From an uncultured Candidatus Saccharibacteria bacterium (GTDB taxonomy: Bacteria > Patescibacteriota > Minisyncoccia > Phycocordibacterales > GWA1-40-21), in assembly GCA_964567825.1 (NCBI GenBank), contig CAZMNX010000004.1, positions 1 to 56,240 on the forward strand: DNA of 56,240 bases. The letters are read 5' to 3'. The notes below the pieces were generated by a model, which saw only the letters and a list, made by a program, of their open reading frames with translations, was not told the DNA's origin and made no database searches. Position 1 is the first letter of the stretch. Each line of letters opens with the position of its first letter. Shown here piece by piece: positions 19,477 to 29,927 of the stretch. The position numbers and the translations under genes were made by a program.

Positions 19477-20031
19477 CTAAAACTTCACTTCAACTGGCTG
19501 CTTAGCGGCCTCTTCTTCAAGAGCAAACAGTTCCATTTTAACAAAATGAAAAAAGCCAGCGATAACATTGCCCGGGAAAGCCTCGATTGCGATGTTTAGG
19601 TCTCGAACATTACCATTATAGAAGCGTCGAGAAGCCTGGATCTTGTTTTCGGTATCAGATAGTTCGGTTTGTAATGACAGGAAATTTTGATTGGCTTTTA
19701 AGTCTGGATATGCCTCCGCTAGGGCAAAAACAGACTTTAGGGCTCCAGAAAGCATATTTTCTGCCTTGCCTTTATCAGCCACATTAGATGCCCCCATGGC
19801 GGCCGTTCTAGCTTGTGTAACTTTATCAAAAGTTAAACTCTCATGAGCGGCGTAGCCCTTAACGGTATTAACTAGATTAGGAATCAAATCATAACGACGT
19901 TTAAGCTGAACATCAATATCGGACCAGGCTTCCTTGGCACGATTAATTAAGACCACAAAGCGATTGTAAGCGACAATAGCCCAAATCACGAGCAGGACAA
20001 TTATGCCTAATAAGATATAAATTAAAGTCAT
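19477..20031 (-). CDS. lemA: LemA family protein
   Basis: WSDIDVQLKRRYDLIPNLV, EAYPDLKAN. Confidence 0.95.
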   Translation of the reverse strand: MTLIYILLGIIVLLVIWAIVAYNRFVVLINRAKEAWSDIDVQLKRRYDLIPNLVNTVKGYAAHESLTFDKVTQARTAAMGASNVADKGKAENMLSGALKSVFALAEAYPDLKANQNFLSLQTELSDTENKIQASRRFYNGNVRDLNIAIEAFPGNVIAGFFHFVKMELFALEEEAAKQPVEVKF

Positions 20032-20129
20032 GTTTTTAAATTAAAATGATATTAAAAGATAAATTCCGACTAGACAAGAGTATATCATAATAATTTGCAA
20101 TTATCTACCAACCTGCTATACTATGAGGA

Positions 20130-20366
20130 ATGAGTAGTTTGATCGGTATATTACCCTATATCCAAATAGTCCTATCAATTTTATTGGTGGTCGCTATTCT
20201 TGTACAGAAATCCGAAGCTGGTGTTGGCGGTTCCTTTGGTGGTAATGATAATTTTGCCGCTGGTTTTCATACTCGTCGTGGTTTTGAGCAAAAACTTTTC
20301 TACTTCACAATTGCTTTGGCCATTTTATTTGTTGTCTCTTCCCTTTTAATTCTAGTGTTGAAATAA
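20130..20366 (+). CDS. secG: Preprotein translocase SecG
   Basis: Two TM helices around ILVQ..GGSFGG...TRRG. Confidence 0.92.
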   Translation: MSSLIGILPYIQIVLSILLVVAILVQKSEAGVGGSFGGNDNFAAGFHTRRGFEQKLFYFTIALAILFVVSSLLILVLK

Positions 20367-20414
20367 AAAGAATAATTTTTTCTTTTTATTTTTGACCCTG
20401 TTTCTTATCTATCT

Positions 20415-22154
20415 ATGTCAAAAATTAAAGATTCATATCAGGCGAAATCAAATTATTTGAATAAAATATTTAAATCTTTTGGTCTAACCGAAAAAACAAT
20501 CCTGACCGCGCTTCTTTTGATCATGGTCTTAGCTAGTTTTTCATTATTTCGGATGGTCAGCACTCATTTTTTAACTGAGGTGCCGGCCCGTGGTGGTTCG
20601 TTAAATGAAGGAATTGTCGGTTCACCACGCTTTATTAATCCGCTACTTGAACTATCTGACGCCGATCGAGATCTGACTTATTTAATTTACTCCGGCTTAA
20701 TGAGGGCCACACCAAACGGCGATCTAATACCCGATTTAGCCTCAGACTATTCCCTATCAGCTGATGGCCTAACCTACACTTTTAAAATTAAAGACAATGC
20801 CTATTTCCATGACGGAGTGAAGGTTACCACCGATGATATTGAATACACTATCGACATGACTCAAAATAATAACTTACGTAGCCCTAAAAAAACAAACTGG
20901 GCGGGTGTCACAATCAAAAAAATTAGTCCGAGTGAAATATCTTTTGAATTGAAACAGCCCTATGCACCATTTCTTGAAAATACAACTTTAGGAATTTTAC
21001 CTAAGCATATCTGGATGAACGCCAGCGCTGAAGAACTACCATTTAGCTTATATAATACCGAGCCAATCGGTTCAGGTCCTTATGAGATTAAAAAAATCAA
21101 CCGAAATAGTTCCGGCCTACCAAACTCATATGAGTTAAGATCTTTTAATAAATATGCTCTTGGTGAACCATACATCAGCGCCATCAAATTTAACTTTTAT
21201 CCAAACGAAAAAGCTCTATTTAATGCCTTTATCGCCGGGCAAATCGAAAGCACCAGTGGCTTAATCTCTGAAGATCTAAATTTATTAAGAAAAGAGAATA
21301 ACCTTAATGAAGAATCGATTTCTCTGCCAAGAATTTTCGGGGTCTTTTTTAATCAAAATCAAGCTAAAGTATTTTTAAATAAGGAAGTTCGAACCGCTCT
21401 TGACCTGACAGTAGATAAGGACCGAATCGTGAGAGAAGTTTTAGATGGCTACGGGGAAAAAATCGACAGCCCGCTTCCTAAGATTAACGGGGCAAACGAT
21501 TCAGCTGAAACTCTTTACAATCGTGATCTTGCGATTAGCAAGGCAAAGGAAATTCTGACAAAAGCTGGCTGGAAATTCAGCACCACAACCAAAATTTGGG
21601 AGAAGAAAAAAAGTAAAACAGAAACAGAAAGATTAGCTTTCTCAATTTCAACTTCAAATACCAACGACCTTAAACAAACAGCTGAGATCCTGAAAGAAGA
21701 TTGGGAATTACTTGGTGCGAAAGTCGAGATTCAGACCTTCGATCCAAGTGATCTAAATCAGGGGGTGATCAGTCAAAGAAAATACGATGCCTTACTTTTT
21801 GGAGAAGTCGTCGGCCGAAGCCTAGACCTGTTTGCCTTTTGGCATTCTTCACAGAGAAATACCGGTTACAATGTGGCCATGTATACCAACAGCAAGGCAG
21901 ACAAATTACTAGAGGACGCCAGACAGATAACCGACAAAAGCCTGCGCCTGAAAAAGTACGCCCAATTTGAAACAGAAATTAAAAATGATATTCCAGCCAT
22001 TTTTATCTATTCACCAGAATTTATTTACATTTTACCTAAAACAGTTCGCGGCTTTCAATCTGGCTTAATTAATAATCAAAGCGAAAGATTTGAGACGGTC
22101 TATCAATGGTACATTGAAACAGACAAGGTCTGGAACTTTTTAAGTAAAAAATAA
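20415..22154 (+). CDS. ABC transporter substrate-binding protein (family 5)
   Basis: LIYSGL..PDLA..S.DGLTYTF, FHDG, PIGSGPY. Confidence 0.92.
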   Translation: MSKIKDSYQAKSNYLNKIFKSFGLTEKTILTALLLIMVLASFSLFRMVSTHFLTEVPARGGSLNEGIVGSPRFINPLLELSDADRDLTYLIYSGLMRATPNGDLIPDLASDYSLSADGLTYTFKIKDNAYFHDGVKVTTDDIEYTIDMTQNNNLRSPKKTNWAGVTIKKISPSEISFELKQPYAPFLENTTLGILPKHIWMNASAEELPFSLYNTEPIGSGPYEIKKINRNSSGLPNSYELRSFNKYALGEPYISAIKFNFYPNEKALFNAFIAGQIESTSGLISEDLNLLRKENNLNEESISLPRIFGVFFNQNQAKVFLNKEVRTALDLTVDKDRIVREVLDGYGEKIDSPLPKINGANDSAETLYNRDLAISKAKEILTKAGWKFSTTTKIWEKKKSKTETERLAFSISTSNTNDLKQTAEILKEDWELLGAKVEIQTFDPSDLNQGVISQRKYDALLFGEVVGRSLDLFAFWHSSQRNTGYNVAMYTNSKADKLLEDARQITDKSLRLKKYAQFETEIKNDIPAIFIYSPEFIYILPKTVRGFQSGLINNQSERFETVYQWYIETDKVWNFLSKK

Positions 22155-22192
22155 TTTAATAGCTACTCGAAGCATTAATTCGAGATAAAAAA

Positions 22193-24097
22193 ATGATAAC
22201 AAATAACAATAACGAACGAAAACGCTCCGCCCCTTTTCATGCCGATAGTTTAATATTACGAAACAACAGCCGACCTGAAGTCCGTAGCACTTCAGCTATG
22301 CCCGGCCTACAGCATAATGCTAAGCGTCAATTGAAAAATACCAGACGACCAGCGCCACCAAAAAAACACGGCGGGCCAAGTATGCATAAAAGGTTTGAAG
22401 ATGTGGTGCCTGCCTTAAAGGAAAAAACAGTTAGAATTATACCACTTGGTGGTGTGGAAGAAGTCGGAAAGAATATGATGGCTATCGAATACAAAAATGA
22501 CATTATTGTTATTGACGCCGGTATTCAATTTAAGACCGAGGAAACTCCTGGTATTGATTATATTTTACCTAACACCAAGTATCTCGAAGAAAGAAAAGGT
22601 AAAATTCGAGCCCTAGTCATCACCCACGGCCACCTTGATCATATCGGTGGTATTCCCTACCTGATTGAGAAGCTAGGTAATCCCCCAATCTACACTCGTG
22701 AATTTGGTGCCTTATTAATCAAAAAACGCCAAACCGAGTTTCCTCATTTGCCTGAATTAAATATTAAAATTTGTGGTAAAGACGACGGCTTTATTCCAAT
22801 CACTCCGGAATTAAAGTTAAGGTTCTTTGGTTTAACCCATTCAATCCCCGACTCAACTGGAGTCATAATCAATACTCCATTTGGAGATATCGTAAACACT
22901 GGAGACGTGCGAGTGGAAAATAACAACGGTGTAGTTACTGAGGAAGAATATGAGCAATATAAATTCTTTAAAGATCGAAACGTTATTTTATTGACCATGG
23001 ACTCAACCGGTATCGAAAAACCAGGTTGGACAATTTCTGAAGATCAAGTGGTTAAAACTGTCGATAAAATTGTAAGCGAGGTACCGGGACGAATCATCAT
23101 TGCGACTTTTGCCTCTCAGGTTGAGAGAATAATCAGATTTATTGATATTGCCAAAAAATATGGCAAGAAATTAGTTATTGAAGGACGCAGCATGAAAAAC
23201 AATGTTGAGATTATAAAATTTCTCAAATTGGCTGATGTGGCTCATATTATCGCCGTCGAAGATATTGCTGATTATCCGCCACATAAATTAATGTTTTTGG
23301 CGACTGGAGCTCAGGGTGAGGAATTCGCCGCTTTAATGAGAATGGCCAATGGTAGCCACAAACAAATTAAACTAAACAAAACTGATACGATCATTTTGTC
23401 GTCATCGGTTATTCCTGGAAATGAAAGAGCGATTACCGGCCTTAAGGACAATCTCTATCGTCATGATTCAAAAATCATCACCTATTATGAGACGGATGTG
23501 CACGCCGGTGGACACGGTAAACGCGAAGAACTAGCTTGGATTCAAAAACAGATCCCCCACCGATTCTTTATGCCAGTTCACGGCCATCACTTTATGCTTA
23601 AAATGAACGCCGAATTGGCAGTAAATCAAGGCATGAAACGTGAAGACATCATCGTACCAGATAACGGCAGTATCGTAGAAATAAGTGATACAGAAAACGG
23701 TCTTAAAATGCAGGTTATAAAAGAAAAAGCCCCATCAGGCCTAGTGATGGTGGACGGTTTCTCTATTGGAAACATTCAAGAGGTAGTTATTCGCGATCGT
23801 CAAATGCTTGCCCAAGACGGAATGTTCGTGATTATTGCCAGCATCAACACGGTTACCTGTAAATTGAAAAAATCTCCAGACATTATCTCTAGAGGCTTTG
23901 TCTATTTACGAGAATCTCAAGAGCTATTAACCGAAACACGACACATAATTAAAAAAACGATTGAACAGAGTGCCTCTGGTATGAAACCAATTGACTTTGA
24001 TTATGTTAAAAATCAAGTTACTGAATCTATTAGCAAATATCTTTTCCAAAAGACGGCTAAAAGACCGATGGTGATTCCGGTTATTATTGGAGTTTAA
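22193..24097 (+). CDS. rnj: Ribonuclease J
   Basis: PLGGVEEVGKN, THGHLDHIG, HSIPD, DST, HAGGH. Confidence 0.95.
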   Translation: MITNNNNERKRSAPFHADSLILRNNSRPEVRSTSAMPGLQHNAKRQLKNTRRPAPPKKHGGPSMHKRFEDVVPALKEKTVRIIPLGGVEEVGKNMMAIEYKNDIIVIDAGIQFKTEETPGIDYILPNTKYLEERKGKIRALVITHGHLDHIGGIPYLIEKLGNPPIYTREFGALLIKKRQTEFPHLPELNIKICGKDDGFIPITPELKLRFFGLTHSIPDSTGVIINTPFGDIVNTGDVRVENNNGVVTEEEYEQYKFFKDRNVILLTMDSTGIEKPGWTISEDQVVKTVDKIVSEVPGRIIIATFASQVERIIRFIDIAKKYGKKLVIEGRSMKNNVEIIKFLKLADVAHIIAVEDIADYPPHKLMFLATGAQGEEFAALMRMANGSHKQIKLNKTDTIILSSSVIPGNERAITGLKDNLYRHDSKIITYYETDVHAGGHGKREELAWIQKQIPHRFFMPVHGHHFMLKMNAELAVNQGMKREDIIVPDNGSIVEISDTENGLKMQVIKEKAPSGLVMVDGFSIGNIQEVVIRDRQMLAQDGMFVIIASINTVTCKLKKSPDIISRGFVYLRESQELLTETRHIIKKTIEQSASGMKPIDFDYVKNQVTESISKYLFQKTAKRPMVIPVIIGV

Positions 24098-24111
24098 GAA
24101 AACCGTCAATA

Positions 24112-25281
24112 TTATTTAGTATCTTTTAATCTTAAGCTGAATCTTAAGCCGATAAGAAGTACTAAGCCGAGAATTAAGAACAGGTATTTTAAATTACTTA
24201 AATAAAAACCGAGAATGATACTGGCGATAAGTGGGCCAAAAATATAAGCGGCCGGACTAGACATTCGGTAAAAGCTAATAATATTGGCGTTCAAACTATT
24301 TACTTTCTTGAAGAAATAAGTATCGCACATTATCTCGATTGTTGCCGCCCCAATTCTGGTCAAAAACAATATTGAGGCCCAAATTACAATATTTCGGCTA
24401 GTAATAAAAGTTATAGTCATGGTGGCCAAAGCGGCAATCACAAAACCCAAGCTCAAAATCTCTTTTTCGCCCCATTTTTTATCAGCAATACGACCCAATG
24501 GATATTGAACCAACACAAACGGCAAAAGCATTATACTGAAAATAATACCAATCTGAGTCCAAGAAAAACCAATTTCCTTATGTAAATAAAGCGGAGTGTA
24601 GATTATCATCCAGGAATAAAAAAAGAAAAGCAGAAAGTTGGCCGAAAAAATATTTCTTAGGTTACGATCCCGCCCTATTACTTTTAATGTCTGCCAAATT
24701 GGAATAATTTGGTAGGGCGAGTCACTAAAGTTTTTTAATTTTTTAAACAAAATATAGACAGTTGGTATCAAAAAAATAAATGAAATTAAATAAATTTTCC
24801 AATATTCATTATTCGTCAAAATCAAACTACTAAACACGGGAGAAATGACCCAAGCAAGATTGATAAAAGTTAAATATATTCCCCTCACCCGCCCAGTCTT
24901 TTGATTGGTCGATAAGCCTTCAATAAAAATGTCGGTTAGAAAATAAACAATTGGAATCGCAACCAAGTTAACAATAAACAAAATTATCAACCAGATCGAG
25001 CTGGGTAAAATAGCGAGTCCGAGCAAGGCAAGTAATTCAACAATAATTAAAGTTAGACAGGTGCGATAATTTCCAAAACGTCTTAAGAAAAATGGAATAA
25101 CGAGAAAACTCGCAATCGTGATAATCGAAGCAAGAATATAGATTAGACCAACAGAATCTTCTGACAAATAAACATTCAAAAAACTCGAATTAATATAGGT
25201 TGGTAGTGCAGTATGAAAGGCGAAAAAAAATCCAAGCAAATAAACGGAAAATAAAGTATTTGACTTAATTGAGCTAGTCAT
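24112..25281 (-). CDS. MFS transporter
   Basis: ~12 TM, GRIADKKWG motif. Confidence 0.88.
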   Translation of the reverse strand: MTSSIKSNTLFSVYLLGFFFAFHTALPTYINSSFLNVYLSEDSVGLIYILASIITIASFLVIPFFLRRFGNYRTCLTLIIVELLALLGLAILPSSIWLIILFIVNLVAIPIVYFLTDIFIEGLSTNQKTGRVRGIYLTFINLAWVISPVFSSLILTNNEYWKIYLISFIFLIPTVYILFKKLKNFSDSPYQIIPIWQTLKVIGRDRNLRNIFSANFLLFFFYSWMIIYTPLYLHKEIGFSWTQIGIIFSIMLLPFVLVQYPLGRIADKKWGEKEILSLGFVIAALATMTITFITSRNIVIWASILFLTRIGAATIEIMCDTYFFKKVNSLNANIISFYRMSSPAAYIFGPLIASIILGFYLSNLKYLFLILGLVLLIGLRFSLRLKDTK

Positions 25282-25284
25282 ACA

Positions 25285-26586
25285 TTAATAGTTACTCAAA
25301 AAACCCGAAGAAGCTGTGGCGTAACCATAGTTTTGAGCCTGCTGGATGAGAACAGCAAAAATTACTCCGATTAGAAGAACTAGGATTGTTAGAACAAACT
25401 TATTGTTTAAAACAGTTCTAATTGTATTGACCCGACTAAGATAACCCAGACTAAAGAGATTGAGCTTACTTACACCGTTAACCTCCGAGTTTGGCATCTT
25501 TTTAAGGAGATTCAGGTCTCTAAATTCGCCGCTAGCCCCCAACATTCCTAGACCAACAACATTAGCAAAAAGAGAAAAATCTTTTCCTTTACCAGCTAAA
25601 GTTTTAAGATTAATATTATTACCAATAGTTACAACTTGTGTTTCTTTATTCAGTCTGCTCTTAACCGCCTCAACTAAACCCGGCAACAGAGCCGAGCCGC
25701 CAAGTAGGTAAATATCGTCCAATTTTTGTTTAAATGTTTCCTCGTAATAATTTACCGCCGCTTCGGTTTCTTTCAAGATGTCTTCAATAATAGGCAAAAT
25801 AATCTCACGGACGTTATTCTCCTTAGTATCCTTCAGACCAAATTTAATCTTCAAATTCTCAGCTTCAGCCAATTCCAGATTTAACTGGTTTTTGATTGCT
25901 TCGGTCATTTCACTACCCGCAACCGGAATTGAAATAGACATATTAACCTTATCATTACTATCAAAAAAACTAAGATTCGTAGCGTGTGCGCCCATATCCA
26001 TAATCAAACTTTGCCGATCAGAGTTTCTTAGAATTGCCCGCGCTAGGCTTAATGATTCAACACAAAGTGATACCACCTCCAAACCAACGGAATTACAAAA
26101 TTTCACATAGCCACCAGCAACATCTTTTGGAACACTTATAAAAATAATCAGCTTCCTATTTTTATCAGGTAGCGGTTTTTCAATAAAGTCCCAATAGGTT
26201 TTATCGATATTAAGCGGTAATAGCAATGAAACTTTATTAATAATGTAATTTGTTAGTGCACCAGACTTTAATTTTTGGTCGACAACAAAACATTGTATAA
26301 AAACTTGTGATTCTGGCAAGGAAACAATAACCTTATTTGTCGAAACCCTTTTGGGATGAGCCTCTTTTAAAAGTTTCTTCAGCTTTTCTGCCAGGCTGTT
26401 TTGATCGACAATCTTACCGTTAACAACAATACCGTCTGGTAATTCGGTCCGTCCGTAAGTCACAACAGAAAAACGAAAGACCTTTTCCAACTCCACAACC
26501 TCGACTGACCGATCAGAAATATCTAGGCCAAAAGCCTTATCAAATTTTATCGTCAAGGCATCCCGCAAAATCTTTCTAAAATTCAT
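25285..26586 (-). CDS. pilM: Type IV pilus assembly protein PilM-like
   Basis: FGLDISDRSV, MDMGAHAT, LLGGSALLPG actin-like motifs; in pil cluster. Confidence 0.85.
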   Translation of the reverse strand: MNFRKILRDALTIKFDKAFGLDISDRSVEVVELEKVFRFSVVTYGRTELPDGIVVNGKIVDQNSLAEKLKKLLKEAHPKRVSTNKVIVSLPESQVFIQCFVVDQKLKSGALTNYIINKVSLLLPLNIDKTYWDFIEKPLPDKNRKLIIFISVPKDVAGGYVKFCNSVGLEVVSLCVESLSLARAILRNSDRQSLIMDMGAHATNLSFFDSNDKVNMSISIPVAGSEMTEAIKNQLNLELAEAENLKIKFGLKDTKENNVREIILPIIEDILKETEAAVNYYEETFKQKLDDIYLLGGSALLPGLVEAVKSRLNKETQVVTIGNNINLKTLAGKGKDFSLFANVVGLGMLGASGEFRDLNLLKKMPNSEVNGVSKLNLFSLGYLSRVNTIRTVLNNKFVLTILVLLIGVIFAVLIQQAQNYGYATASSGFLSNY

Positions 26587-26597
26587 TTTTTTAATAA

Positions 26598-27032
26598 TTA
26601 AAAATCGGCTACTAAATTCCAATAATTTACAACTAAAGATGGTGTGTTGGTAGCCACCTCAATCCTAACCTTCCTAGTGAAACCAGACACCGTACTTGAG
26701 GCCAGTATAACTTTTGCACTTCCATTGCTACCAATACTATAAATATAACATGTTTCCGATGAGACTGCTAAAGATTGAGCCCCGGTATATAACTGCCAGC
26801 CGGGTAAGCCACCAGTGGTTGTAGAAATTTGTAATAAAGCATATTCCCCGCAAGCATTAACGGCCCCCCAAGCTTTTAAAGATTTTTCTGAATCAGAACT
26901 GGCATTCACCTCACTAATTGAGCGAAGCATCACACCGGTCGCCACGGCAAGAACCACCGCACTAACCAAAAGAACCATGGTTAAAACAAGAAAACCATCT
27001 TTATTTTTTTTAAGCGAAAAAACTTTAGACAT
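26598..27032 (-). CDS. Minor pilin, PilX-like
   Basis: GFLVLTMVL prepilin lacking E5. Confidence 0.75.
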   Translation of the reverse strand: MSKVFSLKKNKDGFLVLTMVLLVSAVVLAVATGVMLRSISEVNASSDSEKSLKAWGAVNACGEYALLQISTTTGGLPGWQLYTGAQSLAVSSETCYIYSIGSNGSAKVILASSTVSGFTRKVRIEVATNTPSLVVNYWNLVADF

Positions 27033-27244
27033 TATTGCGTCACACCATTAATACCAACAGCATCGCCCACCGTTATACTAATTTCGTCTAGAACCGCTCG
27101 ACTATTTTGATTGATATCTTGAATGGAATCAATCTTGGCCTTACCAAAGATAGAATTAAAGGCGAAACCACTAATGAAATACAAGACCGTGCCGGCAATT
27201 GCTAGATATAAAATAGCCTCAATTAGAGTAAATCCTCTTTTCAT
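27032..27244 (-). CDS. Short prepilin-like protein
   Basis: KRGFTLIEAILY N-methylation motif; only 70 aa. Confidence 0.75.
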   Translation of the reverse strand: MKRGFTLIEAILYLAIAGTVLYFISGFAFNSIFGKAKIDSIQDINQNSRAVLDEISITVGDAVGINGVTQ

Positions 27245-27269
27245 ACCAATAATTATATCATATGACCAG

Positions 27270-27713
27270 CTAAAGGCGCCAATTGGTCAAAATAGTGTCC
27301 AAAACGACACTGGCTGGCCGACCAGAAACTAGGTCCCAACTAACTGTAACACTGACATTTTTAATAGTACTTGTCGCCGATACCACGTCTACCTCTCTGG
27401 TATATTTACCGCTGATCAAGTCTGGGGACCCATCAAAGACCCAGGCACCAGAATTGGAAACTAAACCGTGCACACCAACCGAAACCGAATCCCAATTACT
27501 GTCCCTGATCGATTTAACAGCATCAATACCTTCTTTAGCATATAACAAAGCCTCCGTTCTTTCCCCTGCTAATTTTGTACTAAGATTTGAATCAATTAAA
27601 AGAGTAGCCATTCCGACTGAACCGAGTGAGAAAATAGCAATTGCCAAAGTGAGTTCGAGTAAACTAAAACCCGCTTGTCTAAGTATATTCTTTTTTGTTT
27701 TTAACAATTCCAT
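27270..27713 (-). CDS. Minor pilin, PilV-like
   Basis: AGFSLLEL motif, AKEGIDAVKSIRD. Confidence 0.85.
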   Translation of the reverse strand: MELLKTKKNILRQAGFSLLELTLAIAIFSLGSVGMATLLIDSNLSTKLAGERTEALLYAKEGIDAVKSIRDSNWDSVSVGVHGLVSNSGAWVFDGSPDLISGKYTREVDVVSATSTIKNVSVTVSWDLVSGRPASVVLDTILTNWRL

Positions 27714-27714
27714 T

Positions 27715-28824
27715 TTATGGTTTTTCGGCATTATATATATCCTCCACCTCCTGTGCCGTCAGCGCCCGATTATATAATCGAACTTCATCGATAAAACCGT
27801 CAAAATAACCTTCCGTTCCGTGATAAAAAGCACCTACGAACCAAGAAGAGTCTGTTGTGTCAGTTAATGACGTTGAACTAACATTATTTCCAACACCATT
27901 TAAGTATAATTTTGCATTAGAGCCATCATAAACATAAGCAAAATTATACCATTCACTAAAATTTATGCCTGGTCTTAAATCACCATCGGCTTCAGCTCCA
28001 CCGACGCAATAAAGGCCATAATCACAATCATACGGTGAGAGGAAAACCTCAAAACCGGTAGTGGAACCATCTTCTGGATTGGCAGGCTCGTTTTCAGAAG
28101 AAACAATCCCCACATCACTGCCATAATACGGGCCCTGGAAAAACCACCCAACCACCGTGTATTCATCTCCTGAGCCGAAAACTGGAAGCCCGGGTATTTC
28201 GATAAAATCATTGAGGCCGTCAAATGTATATGCTTGCCCCACAACACCAACAGCAAGGGCTGGGCAAGCCTCACCACTACATGTTCCATCATAATTACCA
28301 ATATCATCATTCATGTTGCCGTCAAAAGTCCAATAGGCAATCGGACCATCGGAGACCTCGGGGTCGCCACCACCCGCGGCCTCAGTAACGCTGATCACGC
28401 CATTATCATCAATCAAAATATTTCTGACTAAATTTCCAGAGGTTAAGGTAATGGTGCCCGTCGCATTAGGGGTTCCAACTATCTTATTAAAGACTATAGA
28501 ATTAAGAGCGCTGGTGAGAGTCACGCCGCCGGTATAGGCATAAACTTCGTCCTGGGCCGGAACCTGTCCATAACTATTACCCTGAAATAAAACATAGCTG
28601 CCCGCAACCGAATTAAGATCAACACCAAACTTACTATCATTTTTTTGCAAAACAGCATAATGCCTAGCCCGCTGTAGAGTATTGATCAAATTATTCTGCT
28701 CCTCGTTTATAAGCTGGGAATAATAAAAATTTAAAGCAAAAGGGGCGGACAATAAAAAAATACCAGCCATCATCGCTACCACAATTAACAACTCAATCAT
28801 TGAAAAACCCTTGTTTAATTTCAC
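27715..28824 (-). CDS. Pilin fused to LamG/concanavalin-like domain
   Basis: KGFSMIELL; AYWTFD...FDGFIDEVRLYNRALT. Confidence 0.88.
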   Translation of the reverse strand: MKLNKGFSMIELLIVVAMMAGIFLLSAPFALNFYYSQLINEEQNNLINTLQRARHYAVLQKNDSKFGVDLNSVAGSYVLFQGNSYGQVPAQDEVYAYTGGVTLTSALNSIVFNKIVGTPNATGTITLTSGNLVRNILIDDNGVISVTEAAGGGDPEVSDGPIAYWTFDGNMNDDIGNYDGTCSGEACPALAVGVVGQAYTFDGLNDFIEIPGLPVFGSGDEYTVVGWFFQGPYYGSDVGIVSSENEPANPEDGSTTGFEVFLSPYDCDYGLYCVGGAEADGDLRPGINFSEWYNFAYVYDGSNAKLYLNGVGNNVSSTSLTDTTDSSWFVGAFYHGTEGYFDGFIDEVRLYNRALTAQEVEDIYNAEKP

Positions 28825-28854
28825 AAAATAATTATAACACACAGCGAAAAGTTT

Positions 28855-29925
28855 CTACACTCCCAAATTTCCGGTTAGTTTATAGATTGGCAAAATAATA
28901 GACAGGGCAATCATACCAACGGCCAGGGCAATAAACACCAGGAGTACCGGCTCGATAATGGTTGGCAGTAACTTCGTCTTGTCAATAATTTCTTTAGTCC
29001 AAAAGTCAGAAATTTTAAAGAAAGAGTCTTCCAAGGTACCACTATTTTCACCGACCGACAGCACACTCATGGAATTTGCTGGATAAAGCTCTGGATATTC
29101 CTGCATTGTCGTAACCAAAGAAATACCCTTATCAACCCTGTCAATAATTTCTCGTAAGGCTTTTTTGTAGTAAAGATTGGAGGTACCAATATAGGCAATT
29201 TCTAAGGCCTCATCAATCGAAATACCAGAACGCAACAAAGTGCCCATTAATTGAGCAAAAAGTGCCAACTGATAACCGACCACAAATTCTCTAACATACG
29301 GGGTGTGAATTAAGGTTTTATGATAAAGATAGTGCATTCTCTGAATCTTAAACAGTAAAAAGATACCGAGCCAGATAAAGAAAATGGCAGCGATAACCAT
29401 CAGCCAATATTTTTGACTAAAAAGTGAAATCGCCAAGACCACTTTAGTGATTAACGGTAACTGAACGTGTAAGCTGGTGAACATCGGCACCAACTTTGGT
29501 AAAATAAAAATAGTTAAACCTCCACCCAATAAAACCACGGCCGCCAAAACAATTTTTGGATAAAGCATCACGCCATTTATCTCTCGACGTAAATGACTAT
29601 CACGCTCCAGCCAAACAGACAAAAATTCTAGGTTATCAGAAAGTGAGCCAGACAACTCCCCCGCTTTGACCAAGCTGATAAAAACCTTACCAAAAATATC
29701 TTCTCCCTCTTCACTAATGGCTGAATTTAAGGAAACTCCATTTTCCAAACGACTCTTTAGGCGATATAGAACCTTCTTCATTACTCCCGGCTTAGCTTGA
29801 TTAGCTAAAGACTCGACTGCTTCGTTAATAGTCACACCGCCACGCAATAGAACAGCTAAGTTTTTTGCAAAGCTGATTTGATCATCGAGTGGAATTTTTG
29901 TTTTAAAAAAGGCCTTTATTTGCAT
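28855..29925 (-). CDS. pilC: Type II secretion F / PilC platform protein
   Basis: Two T2SSF repeats (AGELSGSL, VGENSGTL, IIEP). Confidence 0.92.
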   Translation of the reverse strand: MQIKAFFKTKIPLDDQISFAKNLAVLLRGGVTINEAVESLANQAKPGVMKKVLYRLKSRLENGVSLNSAISEEGEDIFGKVFISLVKAGELSGSLSDNLEFLSVWLERDSHLRREINGVMLYPKIVLAAVVLLGGGLTIFILPKLVPMFTSLHVQLPLITKVVLAISLFSQKYWLMVIAAIFFIWLGIFLLFKIQRMHYLYHKTLIHTPYVREFVVGYQLALFAQLMGTLLRSGISIDEALEIAYIGTSNLYYKKALREIIDRVDKGISLVTTMQEYPELYPANSMSVLSVGENSGTLEDSFFKISDFWTKEIIDKTKLLPTIIEPVLLVFIALAVGMIALSIILPIYKLTGNLGV

Positions 29926-29927
29926 AC

